The notes under the pieces: model-generated | Told to the model about the DNA's origin: nothing | What the model saw: only the letters and a program-made list of their open reading frames with translations | Database searches by the model: none | Position numbers and translations under genes: made by a program | NCBI GenBank assembly: GCA_964600085.1 | Contig: CAZRHU010000002.1 | Location: forward strand, 1 to 59,298 | Length of the DNA stretch: 59,298 nucleotides | Direction of reading: 5' to 3' | From: an uncultured Candidatus Saccharibacteria bacterium | GTDB taxonomy: Bacteria > Patescibacteriota > Minisyncoccia > JACQLN01 > CAZPCT01 | Shown here: positions 8,890-17,746 of the stretch, piece by piece | How positions within the stretch are numbered: the first letter of the stretch is position 1 | Layout: the number at the start of each line of letters is the position of its first letter

Positions 8890-9087
8890 CTAAAATTCGT
8901 CGTCTTCTTCGTCTTCCTCATTCTCATCTTCCTCATCTTCATCTAAATCATCCGTGTCTTCGTCTATGTCATCGTCGTCCCCGTAATCATCGTCGCTGTC
9001 TTCATCTACAACATCCACATCCTCTTCTTCGTCTATATCATCCATATTTAAAACCTCTTCTTCGTAAATCATTTTATCGTTGGTCAT
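8890..9087 (-). CDS. hyper-acidic 65-aa protein (about two thirds Asp/Glu)
   Basis: MTNDKMIYEEEVLNMDDIDEEEDVD... The stop lies 1 nt from the bidirectional terminator. The antisense His/Arg/Leu-rich ORF (8874-9125) is the mirror image and less plausible. Confidence 0.5.
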   Translation of the reverse strand: MTNDKMIYEEEVLNMDDIDEEEDVDVVDEDSDDDYGDDDDIDEDTDDLDEDEEDENEEDEEDDEF

Positions 9088-9212
9088 GGTTTTTTATTAA
9101 GTATTATTTTAAAACGACCTTTTGATAGGTGTTGAAATTATTATAATCGTAAAAAAAAGAGTGTCAACCCTTTATTTATATTCTTGTCCACATAAAAGTT
9201 TAAAAAAATAAA

Positions 9213-9704
9213 CTAAGCCTTTTTAGGGGTGTTGTTAAAATAGATTTCTCCAGCAGCGCAAACAGCAATTGCTAAGGCATCGGCTGCGTCATCCGGCTTG
9301 GGTTCTTCTTTTAAATTTAAAATTAATTTGACCATTTTTTGAACTTCTTTTTTATCAGCTTGACCGTGAGTGCTAATCGAACGCTTTACTTCGTTGGGTG
9401 TATAATTTTTTACCACAACACCCCTTTTTAAAGCCGCTAATTTAATCACCCCCCTTGCTTCACTAACAGCCATGGCTGTTTTTTTATTTTTACTAAAAAA
9501 AACTTTTTCTATCGAAACAACGTCTGGATTTTCTTTTTTTAAAATTTCTTCTATTTTTTTATAAATCTCTAGAATTCTTTTTTCTTCTTCTTCTTTTTCT
9601 AAAAAAATACAACCATAGTTTTTAGAAAACAGCTGTTTTTTTTTCTTTTCTATCACCCCAAAACCTATTCTGGTAGTTCCTGGATCAATACCCAATATAA
9701 CCAT
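9213..9704 (-). CDS. ruvC: crossover junction endodeoxyribonuclease RuvC
   Basis: ILGIDPGTTRIGFGVIE N-terminus and RNase H-like catalytic acidic residues, including the C-terminal DAADALAIA. Confidence 0.9.
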   Translation of the reverse strand: MVILGIDPGTTRIGFGVIEKKKKQLFSKNYGCIFLEKEEEEKRILEIYKKIEEILKKENPDVVSIEKVFFSKNKKTAMAVSEARGVIKLAALKRGVVVKNYTPNEVKRSISTHGQADKKEVQKMVKLILNLKEEPKPDDAADALAIAVCAAGEIYFNNTPKKA

Positions 9705-9709
9705 ACTTA

Positions 9710-10255
9710 TTACTTGTTATTAGCTAGTGGTTTTTGATTGGTAAAAATTTCTTGAACGTCTTCTTGTTCTTTTAAGACCAGGATGAGTTTGTGTAAATTA
9801 TTATTATCCTTTTCTGATAACTCAATTGGAAATTTAGGACTCCCGTCGTCTTTAAATTGCCACCTAACACTATCTGTTTCTGTGAGGTTTGATAAATTTT
9901 TTGATAAAGCGTGCTTTATTTCAGAGACGGTCCTGTTTTTATTATCAGTAAAAGTTTTTATAAGAACAGCCACTCCACCCGGGCCGTAAGCCCCGTACCA
10001 AGCCTCTTCTACGTTAGAGGCCTCTTTTTCTTCACCGCTTCCTTTTTTAATAGCTTTTTCGATATTAAGGTTGGGCATATTTATCGACCTAGCCTCTTCT
10101 ATAATAGAACGAAGCTCGTGATTTGTTTCGGGGTCTGAACCCTTCTTAGCAGCCACCTCTATAGCTTTAGTAAGTTTGCTAAAAACTTTCCCCTTTTTTG
10201 TGTCGGAAACTTCCTTTTTCCTTTTTATTTTTGACCACTTATTATGACCGGCCAT
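9710..10255 (-). CDS. yebC: YebC/PmpR-family transcriptional regulator (short form)
   Basis: MAGHNKWSKIKRKK.. and YGPGGVA motifs. At 181 aa it appears to lack about 60 aa of the middle/third domain compared with E. coli YebC as recalled. Confidence 0.8.
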   Translation of the reverse strand: MAGHNKWSKIKRKKEVSDTKKGKVFSKLTKAIEVAAKKGSDPETNHELRSIIEEARSINMPNLNIEKAIKKGSGEEKEASNVEEAWYGAYGPGGVAVLIKTFTDNKNRTVSEIKHALSKNLSNLTETDSVRWQFKDDGSPKFPIELSEKDNNNLHKLILVLKEQEDVQEIFTNQKPLANNK

Positions 10256-10544
10256 GAATTTTGAATTTAATTTTTTTAATTTTATTTTTTTTAAGAACCC
10301 TGTTTAATCTTTCTTTTATTTTCTTTTCATAAAGTTTTAAGTTAGCGGCCTCTGAAGAGGATTCGCAACCTAAACAAAGACTTCCTTTTTTTAAAGATAT
10401 TAATTTAATTTTATTAGAGTTGATATTAAGGTTTTCACAAGCGCTACCCCAAGCTTCCTCTAATAAAATTAAGTCTCCTTTGTTTTTACTATGAAGACGC
10501 TCGGCACTTTTTAATAATACGTCTTTTAAAGAAATAAAACTCAT
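10242..10544 (-). CDS. DUF721/DciA-like small protein
   Basis: 100 aa, positioned directly downstream of dnaN as in many bacteria. The pattern W..A......S....L..G.L.L.C.SS..A..L resembles DUF721. Family assignment is from memory only. Confidence 0.5.
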   Translation of the reverse strand: MSFISLKDVLLKSAERLHSKNKGDLILLEEAWGSACENLNINSNKIKLISLKKGSLCLGCESSSEAANLKLYEKKIKERLNRVLKKNKIKKIKFKIHGRS

Positions 10545-10547
10545 AAA

Positions 10548-11663
10548 TTAAACCCTTATGGGCATCACTACATAAATATAAGAGTTGTCTTCGGGAGATT
10601 TAATTAGAACGGGTTTGGTTTCTTCTGTGAATTTAATTAATACCTTATCATCTTCAACTTGTTGTAATCCTTCTAATAAATATCTCCAATTAAAACTTAT
10701 TTCTATATCGTCTCCCTCTAGCTCTGTTTTTATACTAGATGAATTCTCTCCCAAATCGGGATCGCTAGCATAAGCTTTTAGGTTGGCTTTTTTACCATCG
10801 CCATCAATAGATATTTTAATGTCGTTTATTCGGCTCGACATTAAACTTACCAAACGTATCGTTTTTATAAGTTCGTTTTTATTTAATAAGATCTCTGTTT
10901 TAAATTTAGAAGGAATAAAATTATCATAATTAGGATAACTTCCTTCTATTAATCGCGATGTTAGTTCGTTTTGTTGTGTTTTAAAAGCAACTTGATTATT
11001 ATCTACACTTACCTCTACTTCATTTTTTCCGGATATTAATCTTGTTAATTCAGAGGCTGCTCGTTGAGGAAGAATAAAAGAAAAGTCTAAATTTTTATAA
11101 TTTTTATCTAAGAGTATTCTCTTTTCCGCCAAGCGAAAACTGTCTGTTGAAACAAGTTTTAAGTCTTGATTATTTTTTTCTTTTTTAAAAAGAACTCCTG
11201 TTATCTCTGGCCTGGTCTCTGAAGAAGATGTAAAAGGTATGATTTGGTTTAATGCTTGAAGTAGATCTTGAGCCTTAATTTTTATAGAGTTTCTTTTTTG
11301 GACTTTTGGAATTATAGGAAAATCTTTTGATGTTTGTCCTTTTAATTCTCCTTTATAATTACCAGAAGATATTAATAGGGTTGTACCTTTTTTAGATGTT
11401 AATTCTATATTATCCCCTGATAAATTACTTATAATTCCTGACAAAACTTTAGCGGGAACCGTTATCTCTCCACTTTCTTTTACTTTACAAGAAAACCAAG
11501 AGTGGATACCGATTTCTAAATTAGTAGAAGATAAAAATAAATTACTATCTTCTGTTTTTATTAAGATGTTATTTAAAATCGGTAGAGTTAGATTTTTAGT
11601 AATAACTCTTTCATTGTTTTCCACCGCTTTTTTTAATTTTTCATAAGTACAAATTAATTTCAT
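10548..11663 (-). CDS. dnaN: DNA polymerase III beta sliding clamp
   Basis: 371 aa with three-domain clamp collinearity, immediately downstream of dnaA. Confidence 0.9.
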   Translation of the reverse strand: MKLICTYEKLKKAVENNERVITKNLTLPILNNILIKTEDSNLFLSSTNLEIGIHSWFSCKVKESGEITVPAKVLSGIISNLSGDNIELTSKKGTTLLISSGNYKGELKGQTSKDFPIIPKVQKRNSIKIKAQDLLQALNQIIPFTSSSETRPEITGVLFKKEKNNQDLKLVSTDSFRLAEKRILLDKNYKNLDFSFILPQRAASELTRLISGKNEVEVSVDNNQVAFKTQQNELTSRLIEGSYPNYDNFIPSKFKTEILLNKNELIKTIRLVSLMSSRINDIKISIDGDGKKANLKAYASDPDLGENSSSIKTELEGDDIEISFNWRYLLEGLQQVEDDKVLIKFTEETKPVLIKSPEDNSYIYVVMPIRV

Positions 11664-11878
11664 ATATTTAATTTATTGTTATTATTAAAGAGTATTTTTT
11701 TGGGGATAAAACTATTAATCTTAATATTCTAGAGACTTTTAAAGATTAAGTGGTAGGGAAAAGTTGTTTAAAAAGTATTTATTAAAACTTAAAACTTAAT
11801 GGATAAAAAACATTTTTTAAAAAAGAAAATTATTTTTCATTTTTTATTAGATGTTTTTCCCCAAAAAATTAACAACTT
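11664..11878. promoter_or_regulatory. dnaA-dnaN intergenic AT-rich region with DnaA-box variants (oriC candidate)
   Basis: TGGGGATAA at 11701-11709 (rc TTATCCCCA), ATGGATAAA at 11809-11817, and TTTTCCCCA at 11855-11863, surrounded by long A/T tracts. Confidence 0.45.
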
Positions 11879-13240
11879 TTAATTAAAAAGCCTACTCTTT
11901 ATAAGATCTATTTCTTCGTTGAAATTTTCATTATTTTTAATTTCTTTCTCTATTTTATTACAAGCGTGCATAACCGTTGTATGGTCTCTTCCGCCAAACT
12001 TTTCTCCTATATACGGATAAGAGTTCTTAAGCTCTCTTCTTATTAAATACATACAAATTTGCCTCGGTCTCACAATCTCTCTTTTTCGGGATTTATTAAT
12101 AAGATCCTCTTCTTTAACATCATAAAAACTAGAAACAATTCTTATTATATTTTTAGTGTTTATTTTAGCTTTACTTTTTTGATTTAAACTAAGGAGACTT
12201 CTAACCCTCTCCACTGAGGGAGTTTTACCTGTTAGGTGGGTTGTCGCCACAACCTTATTTAAAGCTCCCTCTAACTCTCTTATATTAGAAGAAACCGTAT
12301 TAGCTATAACACCAAGAATCTCATCGTCAACTCCATAGCTTTTCTCTTCTACCTTTGTTTTTAAGATGGCTAACCTTGTTTCGTAGTCGGGCGCTGATAT
12401 ATCAGCTATCATCCCCCCTTCAAAACGTGAACGAAGTCTTTCCTCAAGAGTTGGTATTGCTTTTGGTGGCCTATCCGAGGATAGGACGATCTGTTTATTT
12501 CTTCCGTGAAGATCGTTAAAGGTGTGAAAAAACTCTTCCTGAGTTTTTTCTTTTCCAGATATAAATTGGACGTCATCCAGTATTAAAAGATCTACTTTTC
12601 TATAATCATTTTTAAATTCCTCGGTGCCCTTTTTTGATATAGCTGACACAAGATCCCTAGTAAACTTTTCTGAGCTTACATATTTTATTTTCTTTTGGGG
12701 ATTGTTGGTTTTTATATAATTTCCAACAGCCTGTAAAAGGTGTGTTTTTCCTAAACCGACCCCACCGTATATAAATAAAGGGTTGTAAGTTTTACCCAAG
12801 TTTTCACTAACGGAAACAGAGGCGGCATGAGCTAGTTCGTTAGAAGACCCAACCACAAACGATTCAAAGGTGTATTTAGGATTAAGGTTGGTTTCTTTAT
12901 CTGTATCTACTTCCGCGAAGTTTAACTGGTTTTCTAAGGCAGCGGTGTCCACCTCTTTCTTTTTTGTTTTCTTTTCTCTTATCGCCAACTCTTCTTGGGG
13001 TTTTATGATAAATTTTATATCTTTTGTGTCAGAGGTTATATTTCTTAACGACTTTAAAACAAGTCGGTTATATTTTTTTTCTAACCACTCTTTAGTGAAG
13101 GTGTTTGGGACAGCTAGAACAACAACACCATTCTTTTTCGAGATAATAGATGTATTTTTAAACCATGTAATAAAATTAGCCCTCGATATAGATAGTTCTA
13201 TTTCAGCTAAAGCTGACTGCCAAAGTTCTTCTTTGTCCAT
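11879..13240 (-). CDS. dnaA: chromosomal replication initiator DnaA
   Basis: Walker A GGVGLGKTHLL, Walker B LLILDDVQF, sensor and arginine finger motifs, and a C-terminal box-binding HTH (GGRDHTTVMHA). Confidence 0.95.
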   Translation of the reverse strand: MDKEELWQSALAEIELSISRANFITWFKNTSIISKKNGVVVLAVPNTFTKEWLEKKYNRLVLKSLRNITSDTKDIKFIIKPQEELAIREKKTKKKEVDTAALENQLNFAEVDTDKETNLNPKYTFESFVVGSSNELAHAASVSVSENLGKTYNPLFIYGGVGLGKTHLLQAVGNYIKTNNPQKKIKYVSSEKFTRDLVSAISKKGTEEFKNDYRKVDLLILDDVQFISGKEKTQEEFFHTFNDLHGRNKQIVLSSDRPPKAIPTLEERLRSRFEGGMIADISAPDYETRLAILKTKVEEKSYGVDDEILGVIANTVSSNIRELEGALNKVVATTHLTGKTPSVERVRSLLSLNQKSKAKINTKNIIRIVSSFYDVKEEDLINKSRKREIVRPRQICMYLIRRELKNSYPYIGEKFGGRDHTTVMHACNKIEKEIKNNENFNEEIDLIKSRLFN

Positions 13241-13466
13241 GGTTTTATTTTATTTAAAATAAAGTAGGGTTTAGGTTATCCCCATAAAGTTCAGAGGTAT
13301 TATAGCACAGCTAAAAATAGAGAAAAAACACCCCAAAAAAGTGAAATAGGTGTGGAAAAGCTGTTGACTATATGCTAACCTAAAGTCCTTTAAAAAATCA
13401 AACAAGACAATAGATTAATTTGTTTTTTTTTGCTAGAATTAACTAGTTAATATAAATACTGTTCTT
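13241..13466. promoter_or_regulatory. dnaA/rpmH divergent intergenic region with DnaA-box variants and promoters
   Basis: TTATCCCCA at 13276-13284, TGTGGAAAA at 13351-13359 (rc TTTTCCACA), TTGACT at 13364-13369 and TGCTAGAAT at 13430-13438. Confidence 0.45.
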
Positions 13467-13616
13467 ATGCCTAAATCAAAAGCTTTAACCTACAACCCAA
13501 AAAAAAAGAAGAGAAAGAGAGCGCACGGCTTTAGAAAAAGATCTTCTTCTCCAACCGGTCGTCGAGTTTTAAAGAATCGACGAAAAAAGAAAAGAAATAA
13601 TCTAACCCCTAAATAA
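13467..13616 (+). CDS. rpmH: 50S ribosomal protein L34
   Basis: Hand translation gives MPKSKALTYNPKKKKRKRAHGFRKRSSSPTGRRVLKNRRKKKRNNLTPK. It is absent from the ORF track (under 60 aa) and sits in the canonical position upstream of rnpA. Confidence 0.9.
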   Translation: MPKSKALTYNPKKKKRKRAHGFRKRSSSPTGRRVLKNRRKKKRNNLTPK

Positions 13617-13628
13617 GCCGGGCTTTTA

Positions 13629-13961
13629 ATGCTCTCTCAAAAAAATAAAATAAAAGATAAAGATTTAATCTCCTTAATTTTTAATAAGGGCGAATTTAAA
13701 AAAACTCGTCTTTTTAATTTATATATTCTTAAACTTTCTCCACCTCGACAATTTCTTGTTGTTGTTAGTAAAAAGCTTCAAAGAAGAGCGATAAAAAGGA
13801 ATCTTATAAAGAGAAGGGTTTATAATACTATAAACAATAATATAGATAGTTTTAAAAAAAATGTTAAAGTTATATTAATAGCTAAAGAAGGTCTTCTAAA
13901 TGAAACCGCTCAAAGTATTAAAAAAGATTTAAAAGATTTATTTATAGATGATAAAAGTTAA
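13629..13961 (+). CDS. rnpA: RNase P protein component
   Basis: 110-aa basic protein between rpmH and yidD, with an RNR-like basic motif (RRAIKRNLIKRR). Confidence 0.8.
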   Translation: MLSQKNKIKDKDLISLIFNKGEFKKTRLFNLYILKLSPPRQFLVVVSKKLQRRAIKRNLIKRRVYNTINNNIDSFKKNVKVILIAKEGLLNETAQSIKKDLKDLFIDDKS

Positions 13962-14217
13962 AAAGATACTAATATTTTTTATAAATATTTACCAAAAAAT
14001 TTTTTCTCCCCAAAAAGGGTTTTTAAAATTTTTATTTAACTCTCCTATACTAAACATCTACGGCAACATCCATCTGGGTTGTCGTTTTTATCCCACCTGT
14101 TCCGAGTATACTAAAAAAAGTATAGAAAAATATCCCATCTCGAAAGCTTTAAAACTTTCTCTTAAAAGAATATCTAAGTGTCACATCCTTAAGGATGGGG
14201 GTGTCGACGAAATATAA
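13948..14217 (+). CDS. yidD: membrane protein insertion efficiency factor YidD
   Basis: CRFYPTCSEY motif. Overlaps rnpA by 14 nt. Confidence 0.9.
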   Translation: MIKVKKILIFFINIYQKIFSPQKGFLKFLFNSPILNIYGNIHLGCRFYPTCSEYTKKSIEKYPISKALKLSLKRISKCHILKDGGVDEI

Positions 14218-14218
14218 A

Positions 14219-15001
14219 ATGATAACAGCTTTTTTTCATACAATTCTAACCCAACCACTATTTAATATACTGGTTTTTCTCTATAACACAGTTGCTTTTG
14301 GTGACTTTGGGTTGGCGGTTATCTTTATAACAGTTCTTATAAGGTTGATTTTATGGCCCCTGTCTTATAAGGCTATTAGGGCCCAGCGGGATATTCAGGT
14401 AATACAGCCCAAGGTAAAAGAGATTCAAAATAAATATAAAAATAATAAAGAAGAGCAGACAAAAGCCCTTTTAGAATTATATAAAGAAAACAAAGTCAAC
14501 CCACTCGGTGGATGTTTGCCCGTTTTAGTACAGTTACCTATTTTAATCGGTCTTTATAGTGTTTTGTTGAAGGGCTTGAATCCAGAATATCTTCAAAACC
14601 TCTACTCTTTTATAGATAATCCAGAAATTATAAACCCGAGCTTTTTAGGTATTCTTGATCTTTCTTCTAAGAGCGCGGTTCTTGCTTTAATAACGGGTGT
14701 TTTGCAATTTTTCCAATCTAAAATGATAATGCCCGGCGTTGGTCTTAGAGATAAGGTTAAAAAGGGTCCCGAGGCCATAGGTCAAATGGTTACCAAGCAG
14801 ACGGTCTATTTTCTACCCGTTGTAACCATCTTTATTGCCTGGAGCCTTCCTGCCGGACTTCCTCTTTACTGGTCAACCACCACCCTCTTTACAATTTTCC
14901 AACAATTTATTATAATGAGAACTCAAAATGGGAAAGAGAGAGGAAATAAAAAAAATAGTCGAGGAGACGATGGGCTTATTAGATCCCAAGGGAAAGATTG
15001 A
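14219..15001 (+). CDS. yidC: YidC/Oxa1-family membrane insertase (short form)
   Basis: Conserved core GCLPVLVQLPILIGLY and LPAGLPLYW. The start is uncertain (14195 or 14219). Confidence 0.85.
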   Translation: MITAFFHTILTQPLFNILVFLYNTVAFGDFGLAVIFITVLIRLILWPLSYKAIRAQRDIQVIQPKVKEIQNKYKNNKEEQTKALLELYKENKVNPLGGCLPVLVQLPILIGLYSVLLKGLNPEYLQNLYSFIDNPEIINPSFLGILDLSSKSAVLALITGVLQFFQSKMIMPGVGLRDKVKKGPEAIGQMVTKQTVYFLPVVTIFIAWSLPAGLPLYWSTTTLFTIFQQFIIMRTQNGKERGNKKNSRGDDGLIRSQGKD

Positions 15002-15383
15002 GCTTAAAGAAGATGCTGAAAAGCTCAGGATTAATTTTAATACAGAAGAAGCCGGAATACTTATTGGAAAAGGGGGAGGCAATTTAAGGGCTCTTCAACA
15101 CCTATTACTACTTGTTGTTTCAAGGAGAATGGGTTTAATTTTTAAGCCCGGGTCATTTGTTTTTGATGTTAATAATTACCACAAAGATAGAGAAAGATAT
15201 CTCGTAGCTTTAGCCAAAAACACAGCCCAAGAGGTGATAGATAGAAGGCGTTCTAAAGAGCTTCAACCAATGCCTGCTTCAGAGAGACGCATCGTCCACG
15301 TTACCCTTGCTGATTATAGCGGGATAAAAACAGAGAGCGTTGGCCAGAGAGATGAAAGGAGGGTGATTATAGGGACGGATTAA
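14928..15383 (+). CDS. jag: Jag/KhpB-like RNA-binding protein (KH plus R3H domains)
   Basis: GILIGKGGGNLRALQ (KH GxxG) and a C-terminal R3H-like ERRIVHVTL. The 74-nt overlap with yidC makes the start uncertain. Confidence 0.8.
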   Translation: MGKREEIKKIVEETMGLLDPKGKIELKEDAEKLRINFNTEEAGILIGKGGGNLRALQHLLLLVVSRRMGLIFKPGSFVFDVNNYHKDRERYLVALAKNTAQEVIDRRRSKELQPMPASERRIVHVTLADYSGIKTESVGQRDERRVIIGTD

Positions 15384-15420
15384 GAAACTAAGAAAATAAG
15401 AAATTCAAAATTGAGTACCA

Positions 15421-15447
15421 AAAAAACTCCCCGGCGGGGAGTTTTTT
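15421..15447. terminator. bidirectional intrinsic terminator
   Basis: AAAAAACTCCCC-GGC-GGGGAGTTTTTTT. Confidence 0.8.
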
Positions 15448-15456
15448 TGGTGAGAA

Positions 15457-15960
15457 CTAAAGGCCTAGTGCTGGTTTAGCGCCTGTTCCTATCATTCTAA
15501 CAACATAAGTGTCTGAATCACAGGCTAAAAAGGGAACGTTGGCTGGCGGAGGTAGTTTTTTAAGCCCTTCGATAATAGGTTTAGTAACGGTCTTAGACCA
15601 GGTTAATCCTAGAGACCACTCAAACATACTAATAGGTTTAAATTCATAAACCTTAGTTGGAGAAAATAATTCTAAAATATCGCTAATACCTGGTATTTTA
15701 CCAAGAATTCCACCTGACATATCATCGGCACTTATCACATAAGCCTCTACTGGAACAGGGTTGCCGACTTTAATTTTTTTAAAAGGACAACCCGCTCCGG
15801 GTGGGATTATTAATTTTATTTTTCCACCAAAGGGCTTACCTCCCACACTAAGGTCATCAACAGGACCTATGGCCGAGGTTGTGTTGGTTAAGAAGAAAAC
15901 AAAACCCAAAACCAGGATTAGTATTAGAGAGAAAGTTGTTAATTTTAATTTATGAATCAT
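15457..15960 (-). CDS. T4SS-like operon, last gene: N-terminally anchored or secreted protein, unknown
   Basis: 167 aa with an N-terminal TM/signal segment. Its start overlaps the upstream stop by 4 nt (15957-15960). Confidence 0.6.
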   Translation of the reverse strand: MIHKLKLTTFSLILILVLGFVFFLTNTTSAIGPVDDLSVGGKPFGGKIKLIIPPGAGCPFKKIKVGNPVPVEAYVISADDMSGGILGKIPGISDILELFSPTKVYEFKPISMFEWSLGLTWSKTVTKPIIEGLKKLPPPANVPFLACDSDTYVVRMIGTGAKPALGL

Positions 15961-17081
15961 TTTAGTTTTAGACGATATAAGTTATTATTTATTTTATCTA
16001 CAAAGAGAAGATAATCTTCATTTTTTGTTAACTTTAATATTGTAGCGTTTCCAAGAGGGGCTCTCTCAACCAACTCGGTGAATCCACTCTCTAAATTAAT
16101 CTTAATAATCCTAGAGTTTTGGGTGGTCAATTTTTCTTTATAATACTCATCTGGCATTATTAAACTAGAAACAGCAGAGCTTATAGTAGAGCAGAATATA
16201 TATCTATCATCTTGCGAAAAAACACACCTCTCTGGAACCGTGGAGATATCCACTAGCTTTTGTTCTCTATCATCTAAAAGAATCTGGTTTATCTTGTAAT
16301 CTCTTCCATCTCTATTTGTTTCTGAAAAGATCGCTCTCTCTCCGTTTATTGAAACTAAAACCTCTATTCCGTTTTTAGAGCCCAGGATACGAGTTAGATT
16401 TTTTGTTCTTGTGTTTAATAAATAAAACACTCCCGGGGCCAACCCCGAAGGTTTTGTTGTTAAAATTAGGGTATTAGTATTCAACCACTTTACTTTTAGA
16501 TCGGGCACAGGAGAACTGTAAATATTTATATCACCCTCTTTAGAAGAAAGAATAACCACACTACCCTCCTCTGACGGCAGAGTGTAGGTTAGTTCATTAT
16601 TTAAAGAAAAGCTCACACTTATTATATCTTTTGGCAGACTAGATATTCTCTTGCTTATTAAGTCGAAACTAATCCAACGATTACCACCCCCTTCTGTATT
16701 TACTAGAGCTACCAACTCTTCTTTATTTGGATTAAAGAAGGCCTTTAAAATTTTTCCAGAAGAAATATTGGCTACCTCTTGAGTAGAGGCGTCTAAGAGG
16801 TTTGTCTCGTTAATAATTCCATCTCTATTTACTGATAAAATTATATTATTAAAAACATAGTAACCAACAACTTCTTTAGCTATTTGAATTAATTCATCTT
16901 CAGGGCCAACCTCATCAATGGCATTAGTGTTGTCTGTATCTGCTGAAAGAGGGCCAGAGTCGTTAGTGTTGTTCGTTGTGTTGCCACTATTTCCTGTGAA
17001 GAATAAGTTATAAATTAAAAGACCAACAAATATAATTGCTAAGATTGCTATTACTATTATGATTATTTTTTTACGAGACAT
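15957..17081 (-). CDS. T4SS-like operon: bitopic protein with Asn/Thr-rich linker and large extracytoplasmic beta-rich domain, unknown
   Basis: 374 aa with an N-terminal TM (IIIIVIAILAIIFVGLLIY), then low complexity, then repetitive beta-strand-like segments. Confidence 0.6.
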   Translation of the reverse strand: MSRKKIIIIVIAILAIIFVGLLIYNLFFTGNSGNTTNNTNDSGPLSADTDNTNAIDEVGPEDELIQIAKEVVGYYVFNNIILSVNRDGIINETNLLDASTQEVANISSGKILKAFFNPNKEELVALVNTEGGGNRWISFDLISKRISSLPKDIISVSFSLNNELTYTLPSEEGSVVILSSKEGDINIYSSPVPDLKVKWLNTNTLILTTKPSGLAPGVFYLLNTRTKNLTRILGSKNGIEVLVSINGERAIFSETNRDGRDYKINQILLDDREQKLVDISTVPERCVFSQDDRYIFCSTISSAVSSLIMPDEYYKEKLTTQNSRIIKINLESGFTELVERAPLGNATILKLTKNEDYLLFVDKINNNLYRLKLK

Positions 17082-17104
17082 GTTGAAATAAGTGTTTTAT
17101 TAGT

Positions 17105-17746
17105 TTAATTATCTTCAGGCTTAAAGCAACACATATCTACGCTGGGATATTCGGCGCCTAATGGTTCTAGTCCTCTAGCTTCACATAAGTTATCAGGAAC
17201 TCCTCGCCATCCTGTACCCAATCTACTACAAGCTTGTTGCCCGGGCCCACTCTGAATCCACTGGTAATTTCCATTTTCTCCCACAATTTCGCACACTCCG
17301 CTTACACATTCGTAATGGTTACTACCACAGTCGGAATTAGAAGAGCAGGAAGTACCTAAAACTCCGGGGTCTTCTGTGTATTTATTAATACTCGGAGTTC
17401 TTAAATTAGTTAAGTCCGGATTTATAGTGTTTAAAAGAAGAACGGAACCGGCTATTATTACTATACCTATGACCGCTCCCCATATCATTTCTTTTGCCTC
17501 TTTAATCTTTTCAGTAGCTCCTGAGGTCATCCAAACAATGCCGGCGTATATTAAGGTTCCTACTGCCGCTATAGAGGTGACGCCCAACATTAGATAAAAA
17601 ATATACTCAATCCAACCGGCTGGCCCTCCCCCCGGCGAAGCTTCGTTAATTGGAGGGTAGTAAACCTCTAACCCCTTGGCCACAATAGGTAGCGCTAGCG
17701 AAAAGAAAAGGATAAAGATTAAAGTTTTATATGTTTTCTTGCTCAT
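17105..17746 (-). CDS. VirB2/TrbC-like T4SS pilin candidate with Cys-rich C-terminal domain
   Basis: A signal peptide is followed by two hydrophobic helices separated by a short charged loop (..IYAGIVWMTSGATEKIKEAKEMIWGAVIGIVIIAG..NTINPDL). A roughly 90-aa tail carries 10 Cys. Confidence 0.5.
   Translation of the reverse strand: MSKKTYKTLIFILFFSLALPIVAKGLEVYYPPINEASPGGGPAGWIEYIFYLMLGVTSIAAVGTLIYAGIVWMTSGATEKIKEAKEMIWGAVIGIVIIAGSVLLLNTINPDLTNLRTPSINKYTEDPGVLGTSCSSNSDCGSNHYECVSGVCEIVGENGNYQWIQSGPGQQACSRLGTGWRGVPDNLCEARGLEPLGAEYPSVDMCCFKPEDN

Noticed and set aside
8874-9125. Plus-strand 83-aa His/Arg/Leu/Pro-rich ORF.
   Set aside because: It is the mirror image of the acidic minus-strand ORF, and it starts inside the tyrS terminator hairpin. 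The minus-strand reading fits the terminator geometry better.
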